From Acidobacteriota bacterium (GTDB taxonomy: Bacteria; Acidobacteriota; UBA890; WLXD01): 64,000 nucleotides of DNA. Positions 1 to 9,393 of the stretch are shown here, piece after piece (within the stretch, counting starts at the first letter, position 1; every line of letters begins with the position of its first letter). The stretch covers positions 352,001-416,000 of the forward strand of contig CBDBHB010000006.1 of assembly GCA_965205505.1 (NCBI GenBank), read 5' to 3'. Under the pieces are notes generated by a model that worked only from the letters and a program-made list of their open reading frames with translations, ran no database searches and was not told the origin of the DNA. The position numbers and the translations under genes are program-made.

Positions 1-2
1 AC

Positions 3-425
3 ATGGTTTCGGCTCTGGCATGCTCGGCGCGCAGCCCGTTCAAGGCCTACGGGCCAGTCACGTACATGTACTACAACGAGGCGGAATGCGGCGCCGCGCC
101 GCCGCGGCCGTTCATCTACTTCCACGGTACCGCCGACTCAGTGGTTCCCATCCAGGGCTCGGACGACCCCTGGAACGACCCATCGGTGCCCGAAGCGATG
201 CAGAGGTGGGCAGATCACAATGGCTGCGAGGGCGGGCCAATCGAGCGGTCCGTCGGCGATGAGGTGGTCCACTTCTCGTGGGCTGGCTGCGAGGCCAGCA
301 CCGAGTGGTACCGCGTCGAAGGCGGTGGCCATACCTGGCCGGGCGCCGTCCAGCGGGAAGGTGGCGCCTACACCACCAGCGACATCTCGGCCAGCGATTT
401 GATCTGGGAGCTGTTCCTCAAATGA
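3..425 (+). CDS. Alpha/beta-hydrolase esterase (PHB depolymerase/LpqC-like), 5'-truncated by window edge
   Basis: FHGTADSVVP and GGGHTWPG motifs; C-terminal ISASDLIWELF. Confidence 0.75.
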   Translation: MVSALACSARSPFKAYGPVTYMYYNEAECGAAPPRPFIYFHGTADSVVPIQGSDDPWNDPSVPEAMQRWADHNGCEGGPIERSVGDEVVHFSWAGCEASTEWYRVEGGGHTWPGAVQREGGAYTTSDISASDLIWELFLK

Positions 426-733
426 AGCGTCGCGATCGTGAGTTAGGAATGGGGCGGAAGATAAGCCGCCGGGACTTTATCGACGGCGCCGGGGTGGCGA
501 TTAGCGGGTCACTGCTGTTCCCGTGGACTCAGGCGCGCGCCTACGCCTCCGAGGGGGCGACGCTGCCAGTTGCCGGCGCTGAGTACTATCCGCCGGCGCT
601 TACCGGCATGCGTGGCAGCCATCCGGGCTCGTTCGATGTTGCCCACGCGCTGCGTGATGGCAAGCGCTTAGTCGCCGCGCAGCGATCTTCTGGGGTTGTC
701 CGGAAGCGGCGGGGCAGCGGCCGCGATTCTTAG
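422..733 (+). pseudogene. N-terminal remnant of a Tat-exported spermidine dehydrogenase-like flavoprotein
   Basis: ATGA overlap with upstream stop; Tat motif SRRDFI; YYPPALTGMRGSHPGSFDVAHALRDG motif; similarity ends ~665, before any FAD-binding GxGxxG. Confidence 0.7.
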
Positions 734-2208
734 ACCGCATCGGGCACCGTCTCGATGCGCCGCCGGCGCCGCATGCCGTTGGCATAGAGACCCACGCCGA
801 GTAGGGTCAGCAGCGCCAGCATGCCGAAGACGGTGATGTAGAAGAACGTCGGGTCGGCAACGCTCTCACCCGGAATGAGCGCGAATACCAGCGACGCAGC
901 GGTTACTACGAAGCCCGTACCGCCGGCGAAGTAGGCGCCGTAGGGAGCGAACGGTGCACGCTGCACGCCTTCCGCTACCGGGTGCCGCTGCATGACAAGC
1001 AGCGCCGCGAACATGTACATGAACGGGATGAAGTAGACGACGATCTCGAGGCTGATGAAGATGCGATAGATCTGCTGCGCGGTGCCTCCCATGCTACCGA
1101 GGATGATCAATACCGCTGTGGCGATGCCGAGCGTGATCACCGACACGTGCGGGGTGGCGTACTTCGGGTGCAGGGTTCCGAAGGCGGCCGGCAGGTAGCG
1201 GTCGAGCCCGGCGACGAACGGCAACCGCGCGCAGGTCGCCATCCATGCGCTCACCGTGCCGATCGCCGCGATGCACAGGCAGAGCGCAACCAGCGAGCCC
1301 AGCACGCCGCCCATCGTGGAGCCGACCAGCCTCGTGCCCGCCACTCGAGCCGTGTCGGTCAGCCCGGTCAGGCCCGTGACCTGATCCACCGGGAGCACTG
1401 TCAGAATCGCCCAGGAGATCAGGATGAACATACCGAGCATCATCACACCGGCGGTAGCGAGCGCCCGAGGCACGTTGCGCTTGGGATCCTGCACCTCTTC
1501 GCTCATCACCGATGCCGCCTCGAGGCCGGTGAACCCGTACGCGACCGCCGCGAGCAGGATGAGGTCGGAGAGTCCTCCGAAGGTGGGGGTCACGGTGCGC
1601 ACCGAGATCTCGTTTGCCGAGCCGTAGTTGACCCATGTGAGGAAGCCCAATCCCACGACGATCAGCCCGGGCACCCACATGTTCAGGTAGCCGCTCGCAT
1701 TGTGGAGGCGCTTGGCGACGTCGAGGCCGAGGACGTTGACCACGACGACGATGGTGATCCCGACGACCGCGTACGTGGCGAGAAAATCTGGACGATCGGC
1801 CAGATACGACCAGCGCGGGATGACGAACGCGGCGTTGCTGGCCGAGAACAGCAGCACGGCGGGAAAGTAGACGAGGTTGGTAGCCCAGTAGAACCACGCC
1901 GTGATGAAGCCATGGAAATCGCCGAAGGCGCGTTGTACCCAGATGTAGATGCCGCCTTCGTCGGGGTGCCGGGCGGTGAGCTCGACCGTGGTGAATGCCT
2001 GCGGAACATAGAAGAGGACGAATCCCAGCACCCAGAGCACCAGCACGCTCGGACCGTTTTCGGTCGATAGCGCCACGACGCGCATGGTGACGATGCAGGC
2101 GATGTAGAAGAGCACCAGGTCGCGGGGTCCCATGACCTTCTTGAGCTTGCTCTTCTCGGCGCGCGCCTGCGCGGCGATCGTCTGATCGGCGATTGTCTGG
2201 CCGGTCAC
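730..2208 (-). CDS. APC-family amino acid permease
   Basis: 492 aa, ~12 TM; EGGIYIW, GLEAASVMSEEV.DPKRNVP, LHPKYATP motifs. Confidence 0.9.
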   Translation of the reverse strand: MTGQTIADQTIAAQARAEKSKLKKVMGPRDLVLFYIACIVTMRVVALSTENGPSVLVLWVLGFVLFYVPQAFTTVELTARHPDEGGIYIWVQRAFGDFHGFITAWFYWATNLVYFPAVLLFSASNAAFVIPRWSYLADRPDFLATYAVVGITIVVVVNVLGLDVAKRLHNASGYLNMWVPGLIVVGLGFLTWVNYGSANEISVRTVTPTFGGLSDLILLAAVAYGFTGLEAASVMSEEVQDPKRNVPRALATAGVMMLGMFILISWAILTVLPVDQVTGLTGLTDTARVAGTRLVGSTMGGVLGSLVALCLCIAAIGTVSAWMATCARLPFVAGLDRYLPAAFGTLHPKYATPHVSVITLGIATAVLIILGSMGGTAQQIYRIFISLEIVVYFIPFMYMFAALLVMQRHPVAEGVQRAPFAPYGAYFAGGTGFVVTAASLVFALIPGESVADPTFFYITVFGMLALLTLLGVGLYANGMRRRRRIETVPDAV

Positions 2209-3821
2209 CCCGCGCGCTCGCGCTCCACGAGCTCACGTCGAAGGATCTTTCCCGACGCCGACTTCGGAATTGCGGCGATGAACTCGATGGTGCGGATCTT
2301 CTTGTAGGGCGCCACCTGTTCCGCGACGAAGCCCTGGATATCGGCCGCTAGCTGGTCGTTGGCGTCCTCGGGCGAGACGTCCTTGGTAACCACGAAGGCT
2401 TTCGGAAGCTCGCCTGCCTCCTCGTCTTGGACGCCGATCACCGCCACGTCGGCCACCGAGGCGTGGGTCAGAATCAGCGCCTCGAGCTCAGCCGGCGCCA
2501 CCTGGAAGCCCTTGTACTTGATGAGCTCCTTGGCGCGATCCACTACCCAGACGTAGCCGGCCTCATTCGCATAGGCGATATCGCCGGTGTGCAGCCAGCC
2601 CTCCTCGTCGATGCAGTCCGCGGTGGCCTCGGGGGCGTTGAGATATCCGACCATGACATGCGGACCACGCTGGCAGAGCTCGCCACGTTCGTTCGGTCCC
2701 AGGATCGCACCGCTGTCGACATCGATGATCTTGGACTCGGCGTTGGGAACGCACGGACCGACCGACGACGTGTCGATGATCTCGGGTGGGTCGGGGTTCA
2801 TGTGCCCGACGGGGCTGAGCTCGGTCATTCCCCATGCCTGATTGACGCGTACCCCGAGGCGTTCGGCGACACCCGTGGCCACGTCCTCGCCGAGCGGCGC
2901 AGCGCCGCAAATCACTTGACGCAAGTGCGCAAGCGAATACTCGTCGACCGTCGGGTGTTTCGACATCAACAGCACGATCGGCGGCACCACGTGGGCATAG
3001 GTGACCTTGTAGTGCTCCAACGTGCGCAGGAACCGCTCCAGGTCGAAGCGCGACATGGTCACCATCGTGCAGCCGCGCATCAGCGAGTAGAGCATCATGA
3101 TCATGCCGTAAATGTGGAAGAACGGCAGCACGCCGATAAGCGTGTCGTCTTCGGTCAAGGCGTAGCCGCTTCCCGGCGCGACCCCGGCGATCTGCTGCAG
3201 GTTCGCTATCAGGTTGTAATGGGTCAGCATCACCCCTTTGGGAAGGCCGGTGGTGCCGCTGGAGTAAGGGAGCACCACCAGATCAGTGCGCGGGTCGATC
3301 TCGGCTGCCGGTACTGCACGCGCCGTTGCCGAAGACGTCTGCTCGGAGACCATCAGGTCGGCGAACGGCGTGGCGCCCTCGGCCTCGCCGAAGACGTAGA
3401 CCTGGGTAACGCCACCCGCTCGTGCTGCGGCGCGTGCCCGGTCGAAGAAATCGGGATTGGTGATCAGGAAGCTGGCGCCGGAGTCCTCGATCTGATGCTC
3501 GAGCTCGCCCTCGGTGTACAACGGGTTCACAGTGGTCACGGTGCCACCGAGCTTCGCCACCGCCAAGAACGCGATGGCGTACTCAGGGGAGTTGGCGGCA
3601 TAGAAAGCGAACACGTCGCCCTTGCCGAACCCGCGCTCGGCAAGACTGGCGGCGACGGTCGATACGGCAGCGACAAACTCAGCGAACGAGGTGACCTCGT
3701 CGGTCGCGCCGTTGATCAGCGCCGGCTTGTCGCCGTACCTGGCTGCACCTCGGAGGACGAAGTCGGTGAGCGACACATCGTGCGGAATTTCGACGTCTGG
3801 AAACGGGCTTCGGTAGATCAT
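2205..3821 (-). CDS. 4-coumarate--CoA ligase-like AMP-binding enzyme
   Basis: PYSSGTTGLPKGV, WGMTE, WLHTGD, KELIKYKGFQVAPAELE, PKSASGKILRR. Confidence 0.9.
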   Translation of the reverse strand: MIYRSPFPDVEIPHDVSLTDFVLRGAARYGDKPALINGATDEVTSFAEFVAAVSTVAASLAERGFGKGDVFAFYAANSPEYAIAFLAVAKLGGTVTTVNPLYTEGELEHQIEDSGASFLITNPDFFDRARAAARAGGVTQVYVFGEAEGATPFADLMVSEQTSSATARAVPAAEIDPRTDLVVLPYSSGTTGLPKGVMLTHYNLIANLQQIAGVAPGSGYALTEDDTLIGVLPFFHIYGMIMMLYSLMRGCTMVTMSRFDLERFLRTLEHYKVTYAHVVPPIVLLMSKHPTVDEYSLAHLRQVICGAAPLGEDVATGVAERLGVRVNQAWGMTELSPVGHMNPDPPEIIDTSSVGPCVPNAESKIIDVDSGAILGPNERGELCQRGPHVMVGYLNAPEATADCIDEEGWLHTGDIAYANEAGYVWVVDRAKELIKYKGFQVAPAELEALILTHASVADVAVIGVQDEEAGELPKAFVVTKDVSPEDANDQLAADIQGFVAEQVAPYKKIRTIEFIAAIPKSASGKILRRELVERERAG

Positions 3822-3909
3822 GGCGCCGGTAAGATACCGTAGCCCCGACTCAGGATCGCCCCCCTGACGAACCCCGGTGCGGTCGTCGGCGGCTTGTTAT
3901 CACTACGGG

Positions 3910-6054
3910 ATGACGAGGATGGTCTTCTTACGGTTACGTTCCACGCTCTGCGCGACCGGTGCAGTCGCGCTGCTGCTGGCCTGGGCGGCGAGCCAGGTGC
4001 TGGCGCATACCAACCCGCTAGGTTTGGTCGAGATTCACTGGCCGATGCCGGACATCGGTCGCACATTGTCGGGTGGCTATCCGGACTCGCTCGGCCTGTT
4101 CGCTTTTCCGCGCCGCGAGCTTCCTACGGTCCACGAGATCGACGGACGCCGTTGTGTCGAGGCCAGCTTCATCGCGCTCGATGTCGATGACGCGTTCGCG
4201 TTCGACATCGATGAGACGGTGGAGCTCGAGCTGGAGCTCGACGGCGAGGCCACCGGTACCATCAGGCTTTCTTACGATCGTAGTGGACGGAGTGAGGCGG
4301 TCAGCGAGATCGCGCGGCCGGGGCGCGCCGCAGGTCGCTGGCGTCGCGAGGTCATCACGCTCGAGCGCGCCCGCTTCGCCAACCGCGGCATGGGAGGGAC
4401 GGATATCGCTCTGTCGGCGATCGGTGCCAACCGCCGGCGCCAGACCGACGAGCCGAACACCCTCAGCGTGTGCTCCGTGGCTTTGCAGCGCTCACACCGA
4501 ACAACGGCGCCTGCCGGATTCGGGCACGTCGAGCTAAGCCTTATCGACGGAGCGAGCGGCGAGCCCACGCCGGTGCGGCTCGGGTTGTACGACGCCACTG
4601 GTCGTATGCCGCTGCCCAGCGACGATGCTCTGATCGTCAACTTCTATGACGACGAGGTCAGGCAGATCTTCCTGCGCGGCCGCACGTTCGGGTTCCCGCA
4701 GCCTTGGCCGGCCGACAACCGTCACGTCTTCTACGCCGACGGCAGGTACCGCGCCGAGGTTCCTGCGGGCACCTATCACCTCGTCGCATCCAAGGGGCCC
4801 GAGTATCGGATTGTCGAGCGACAGCTCAAGGTCGAGGTCGGGCGCGAGCGCGAGCTCGAAGTCGTGATTCCACGCTGGGACGATATGCCAGCCAGGAAGT
4901 GGTATTCGGGCGATGTTCACATCCACGTCGCACGTCCCGACAAGTCGGGCGACGACCGCCTCAGCGCCTACCTCCGCGCCGAAGACGTGCACGTCTCCAA
5001 CACATTGGAGATGAACAATCCGGCCGCAGTTCACTTCGCGCAATATGCCTGGGGAATCGACGGGCAACACCTTGTCGGTGACCACGTCGTGGTCCCCGGC
5101 ATCGAGGGACCGCGCACGGCGCAACGAGGTCACACCATATCGCTCAATATCCTCGAGCCTTTGCACCGGCCCGAGCAGTACTTCCTCTACCACGAGGTCT
5201 TCGAGGATTACGCCCAGCAAGGTGGAGTGAGCGGCTACGCGCACGTAGGACAGGAAGAGTTCAACGGCTCCTGGGGGTTGGCGCTCGACGTGCCCTTCGG
5301 CCTTGTTGACTTCGTAGAGATTCTCCAAGGCGGATCGCTGTATACCGAGCTGTGGTACGAGTTTCTCAACCTCGGCTACCAGCTCACCCCGGTGGCAGGA
5401 TCCGACTTCCCCTACTACGACCAGGCCGGCGCGGTGCGCAGCTACGCCCACGTTAAAGGTGAGTTCACTCCTCAGGCCTGGTACGGCGCGTTGGAAAATG
5501 GCAACACCTTCGTGACCAACGGCCCGATGCTGACGTTCCAGATCAACGGGCAGGGCATGGGCTCAGCGTTGAGCGCGGCGCGCGGTGATGTGCTGAACGT
5601 CGAGGCGACCGCCCGCATCAACCCCGATATCGATGAGCTCGATCGGCTGGAGCTCGTAGCACACGGCGATGTTGTAGCGAGCGTGTCGATGTCCGACTCC
5701 GAAGGCACACTGACGCTGCGCCACCAGCTGACGGCGAGTACCGGGGCCTGGCTGGCGGTACGCGCCTATGGCAAGGCACAGGCTATCGCCCACTCGTCGC
5801 CCGTCTATGTTGAGGTTGATGGTCCTGGTTCCTGGAGCGCCGAGCGTGCGCCGGCGCTCATTGAGGCGATGCGAGCCCGATTGAGCCGGCTCGTGGAGAC
5901 ACCGATCGTTTTAGTTCACGAGCTGGAGTTCTGGGAGATGGGCGATGACCTCGAGAGTCTATGGGAGCGTCAGCGTCCGCTGATACGGCAGCGCGTCGTC
6001 GAGGCGAACCGGCACTACGATGACCTATTGCGCGCCATCGAGGCGCGGCGTTGA
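3910..6054 (+). CDS. Secreted CehA/McbA-family (PHP-like) metallohydrolase
   Basis: Signal peptide; WYSGDVHIH, GYAH, WYEFLNLG, AGSDFP, GNTFVTNGP, AHSSPVYV. Confidence 0.8.
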   Translation: MTRMVFLRLRSTLCATGAVALLLAWAASQVLAHTNPLGLVEIHWPMPDIGRTLSGGYPDSLGLFAFPRRELPTVHEIDGRRCVEASFIALDVDDAFAFDIDETVELELELDGEATGTIRLSYDRSGRSEAVSEIARPGRAAGRWRREVITLERARFANRGMGGTDIALSAIGANRRRQTDEPNTLSVCSVALQRSHRTTAPAGFGHVELSLIDGASGEPTPVRLGLYDATGRMPLPSDDALIVNFYDDEVRQIFLRGRTFGFPQPWPADNRHVFYADGRYRAEVPAGTYHLVASKGPEYRIVERQLKVEVGRERELEVVIPRWDDMPARKWYSGDVHIHVARPDKSGDDRLSAYLRAEDVHVSNTLEMNNPAAVHFAQYAWGIDGQHLVGDHVVVPGIEGPRTAQRGHTISLNILEPLHRPEQYFLYHEVFEDYAQQGGVSGYAHVGQEEFNGSWGLALDVPFGLVDFVEILQGGSLYTELWYEFLNLGYQLTPVAGSDFPYYDQAGAVRSYAHVKGEFTPQAWYGALENGNTFVTNGPMLTFQINGQGMGSALSAARGDVLNVEATARINPDIDELDRLELVAHGDVVASVSMSDSEGTLTLRHQLTASTGAWLAVRAYGKAQAIAHSSPVYVEVDGPGSWSAERAPALIEAMRARLSRLVETPIVLVHELEFWEMGDDLESLWERQRPLIRQRVVEANRHYDDLLRAIEARR

Positions 6055-6145
6055 CTACCGTCCTGGCGTCTGGACGGATAGTCGGCAAACGCGACGAAGT
6101 CGGAACGCAAGAGGAGCTGCAACCCTTGAGGGAGAGGTGGTCGCG

Positions 6146-7633
6146 ATGACGAATCTGCAACGTCCCATGGTGCATACCGCAGGTGCGGGCAAGCAGAGCG
6201 CGCCAGACAAGGCCAAGCGGCTTCTCGCGATGGTTCTGGTCGCCCTGGTGGCCTCGGCCAACCCGGCCTGGGCGAGTTACTGCGTGTACGTGGGCAAGAA
6301 CCTCACGATCGACGGCAGCGTGTTCCTCGGCGGCTACGGCGACGAGCCCTCGAGTCATTGGCTCGAGATCGTGCCAGCGCGCACCCATGCGCCGGGCACC
6401 ATGATCTGGGTGGGTGGAACGGAAGACGCGAGGTTGCCGGCCAGCATGTCGCAGATCCCGCAGGCGGCGCGCACCGCGAAGTACATCACGATGAACTACT
6501 CCGAGTACGCCGGCTATCCGGAGCCGCTGACGAACGGTGGGCTCAACGAGTACGGGGTGGCGGCGCGCGACGTTTGGTCACCGTCGCGGCGTGAGCTGGT
6601 GGACATGACCCCCAATCCGCAGCTGGGCGGTCCGAACTACAGCGATCTGGCGCGTATTGCCATGCAGCGCACGCGAACGGCGCGCGACGCGGTCGAGATC
6701 ATCGGTGGCCTGATCGACGAGTACGGCTACACGAGCTACGGCGGCAACTCGCACCTGTTCGCCGACGCCGACGAGGGCTGGGTGTTCATCAACTTCGCCG
6801 GCGGCAAGGGACTGTGGGCAGCGGAGCGGCTCGGTCCGGACGACGTACGCGTCTCGCGCCCCGGCTATATCGGCGACATCCCGGTGGACTTCGAGGCGAG
6901 TGCCGACCACATGGGCTCGCCCAACCTGGTGTCGTTCGCCGTCGAGCAGGGCTGGTACCACCCGGACTCCGGCGAACCGTTCAACGTCAACAAGATCTAC
7001 GGCGACGGTCAAATGCGGCATCCGGCCGTGGCGATGATCGAGGAGCGACTGCGGAAGCTAGCCGGCAAAGTCGGCCTGACGGACATGATCGCCGCGGTCC
7101 GTACCACCGAGCTGACCGGCGACTCGGCCGGTTACGGACAGGTGGCTCACCTACGTCAGGGCAGGCACCCGGAGCTCGGCGTGCTCTGGGTCGCCGCAAC
7201 GACGTCGTCGATGGCGCCGTTCATCCCGTTCTATGTCGGCACCACCGAGGTGCCCCCGGAGCTTCGACGGCACCGTTACCTGAGCAGCGGCGAGGCCACG
7301 GGTTTCATGTCGGAGGACAAGCGTGGCATCGAGTCGACGCGCTTCGCATTGCGTACCTACAAACGTCTGCTCTACTTGACCGAGGAGCATCAGGAGAAGT
7401 TCCTGCCGGAGGTCACGGAGGCGCTCGAGGCGTTCGAGGCGCGATTGATCGAGCGCCAGGAGAGCGTCGAGCAGACCGCGCTGAAGCTCTTCGAGGCCGG
7501 TGAGCCTCAGCTCGCGCGGAAATACCTGACCTACTACAGCGGCACAGAGGCGCTCAACGCCTGGCGCCTCGGAGAAGCCCTCGCCAACAGCATCGAAGCG
7601 CGGACGAGAGCTCTGTACGGCATCCGGCAATGA
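6146..7633 (+). CDS. Secreted C69-family dipeptidase (Ntn hydrolase)
   Basis: Signal peptide AWA then SYCVYVGK..T.DGS; NGGLNEYGVA, TARDAVEIIGGLIDEYGY, LFADADEGW; start codon uncertain. Confidence 0.8.
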   Translation: MTNLQRPMVHTAGAGKQSAPDKAKRLLAMVLVALVASANPAWASYCVYVGKNLTIDGSVFLGGYGDEPSSHWLEIVPARTHAPGTMIWVGGTEDARLPASMSQIPQAARTAKYITMNYSEYAGYPEPLTNGGLNEYGVAARDVWSPSRRELVDMTPNPQLGGPNYSDLARIAMQRTRTARDAVEIIGGLIDEYGYTSYGGNSHLFADADEGWVFINFAGGKGLWAAERLGPDDVRVSRPGYIGDIPVDFEASADHMGSPNLVSFAVEQGWYHPDSGEPFNVNKIYGDGQMRHPAVAMIEERLRKLAGKVGLTDMIAAVRTTELTGDSAGYGQVAHLRQGRHPELGVLWVAATTSSMAPFIPFYVGTTEVPPELRRHRYLSSGEATGFMSEDKRGIESTRFALRTYKRLLYLTEEHQEKFLPEVTEALEAFEARLIERQESVEQTALKLFEAGEPQLARKYLTYYSGTEALNAWRLGEALANSIEARTRALYGIRQ

Positions 7634-9384
7634 GGCTCCATGGCGGGGCGTTGGTCGCCGCCGTCACGCTGTGCGCGGGGTGCTCCCCGGCGTTGCAGCT
7701 GCCGGCGGACACCATTGTCGTCAACGGCAAGGTGATCACCGTCGATACAGACGACTCGATCACCGAGGCGCTGGCGATTCGTGACGGCAAGATCGTCGCG
7801 CTGGGATCGACGCACCAGATCGAAGCGCTCGCGGGAGACGCCACGCGTCGAATTGATCTTGGCGGCCTGACCGCAACCCCCGGGCTCATCGATACTCACA
7901 ACCATTTCGCGGTCGGCGCCGCCGGAGCGCTCTTCACGCTCGACGTGTCGTACCCGGCGGTCGAGTCGATCACCGACGTCGTGGAGGCGGTTCGCGCCGC
8001 GGTCGCCGAGCGCGATCCCGGCGAGTGGATCACCGGCGGTGGATGGGACGAGGGAAAGCTCGAGGAACGGCGCTATATCTATGCCAATGATCTGGATGCG
8101 GTGTCGCCCGACAACCCGGTCTGGCTGACGCACACGACGGCGCACTACAGCGTCGGCAACTCCCTGGCGCTCGATCTGGCCGGTGTCACGCGCGACACGC
8201 CGGACCCGCCTGGAGGTGTGATCGACCGCCAGCCCGATGGCACGCCGACGGGCGTGTTCAAGGACACCGCGACGTCGCTGGTGCGACGCCACATTCCGAC
8301 CCGCGACGATGATCGCCTGCGCGAGGCCATCGAGCGTTACGTTCCCGAGCTGCACAAGGAGGGAATGACGGCGATCAAGGACCCGGAGATCGGCTTGCGC
8401 ACCTGGCACGCCTACCAGGCGGCGCTGGCTTCGGGGAGTCTCACCGCCCGGGTATTCGTGCTGTGGCGCGTTGGGCGAAGCGTCGAGGATACGCACCGGC
8501 TCATCGAGCAGGTCGGCCCGTTTACCAAGCCATGGATCTCCACCGGCGACGACATGCTGGTCTCGGGAGGCATCAAGCTGTACGCCGACGGTAGCGGCGG
8601 CGCACGCACCGCGTGGCTGCACGAGGAGTGGAACAGGAACCTCACCGAGGTCGATCACGGCAACTACGGCGTGCCGCGAGCCACTCCCGAGGTGCTTCGC
8701 GAGCAGATCATCGCCGTGCACGAGGCTGGCCTGCACCTGGGCGTGCACGCCATCGGTGACCGCACCATCGATGTTGTGGTGGATGCTTTTGCCGATGCGC
8801 TCGAGCGGAGTCCGGCATACGGGCTGCGGCACAGCATCATCCACTCCAACATCCCGACCGACGCGGCGTTGGACAAGATCGCCCGCCTGCAGGCCGACTA
8901 CGATGCCGTGTACCCGGAGGTTCAGCCCGGCTTTACCTGGTGGATCGGCGACACCTATGCCGGCAACTTCGGCCCGCAGCGGAATCAACGGTTGCTGGGC
9001 CTCAAAACCTATCTCGTTCGCGGTATCCGCTGGGGCAGCGGGTCCGACTACGATGTCACCCCGTTCGCGGCGCGGTATGGCCTCTGGGCTTCCGTGGCTC
9101 GCGAGACATTGATGGGTACCCACGGCGCGAATCCCTTCGGTACCGAAGAGTCCGTCGACATCCGCACGGCGCTGCGCTCCTACACCGCCTGGAACGCACG
9201 GCAGCTGTTCATGGAGGACCGCATCGGCACCCTCGAGGTCGGCAAGTACGCCGACATCGCCGTATGGGATCGTGACCTCTACTCGGTGCCGACCGACGAG
9301 ATCAAGGAGATGCGCTGCGAGTTGACGCTAGTCAACGGAGAGATCGTCTATCGGGCGCCGGAGACGCGCGTCTTGGTCGAGTAG
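7630..9384 (+). CDS. Amidohydrolase family 3 (YtcJ/NfdA-like) lipoprotein
   Basis: Lipobox CAGC; PGLIDTHNH, IKLYADGS, HAIGD, GSD, GTLEVGKYAD. Confidence 0.9.
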   Translation: MRLHGGALVAAVTLCAGCSPALQLPADTIVVNGKVITVDTDDSITEALAIRDGKIVALGSTHQIEALAGDATRRIDLGGLTATPGLIDTHNHFAVGAAGALFTLDVSYPAVESITDVVEAVRAAVAERDPGEWITGGGWDEGKLEERRYIYANDLDAVSPDNPVWLTHTTAHYSVGNSLALDLAGVTRDTPDPPGGVIDRQPDGTPTGVFKDTATSLVRRHIPTRDDDRLREAIERYVPELHKEGMTAIKDPEIGLRTWHAYQAALASGSLTARVFVLWRVGRSVEDTHRLIEQVGPFTKPWISTGDDMLVSGGIKLYADGSGGARTAWLHEEWNRNLTEVDHGNYGVPRATPEVLREQIIAVHEAGLHLGVHAIGDRTIDVVVDAFADALERSPAYGLRHSIIHSNIPTDAALDKIARLQADYDAVYPEVQPGFTWWIGDTYAGNFGPQRNQRLLGLKTYLVRGIRWGSGSDYDVTPFAARYGLWASVARETLMGTHGANPFGTEESVDIRTALRSYTAWNARQLFMEDRIGTLEVGKYADIAVWDRDLYSVPTDEIKEMRCELTLVNGEIVYRAPETRVLVE

Positions 9385-9393
9385 AGTGACCCG

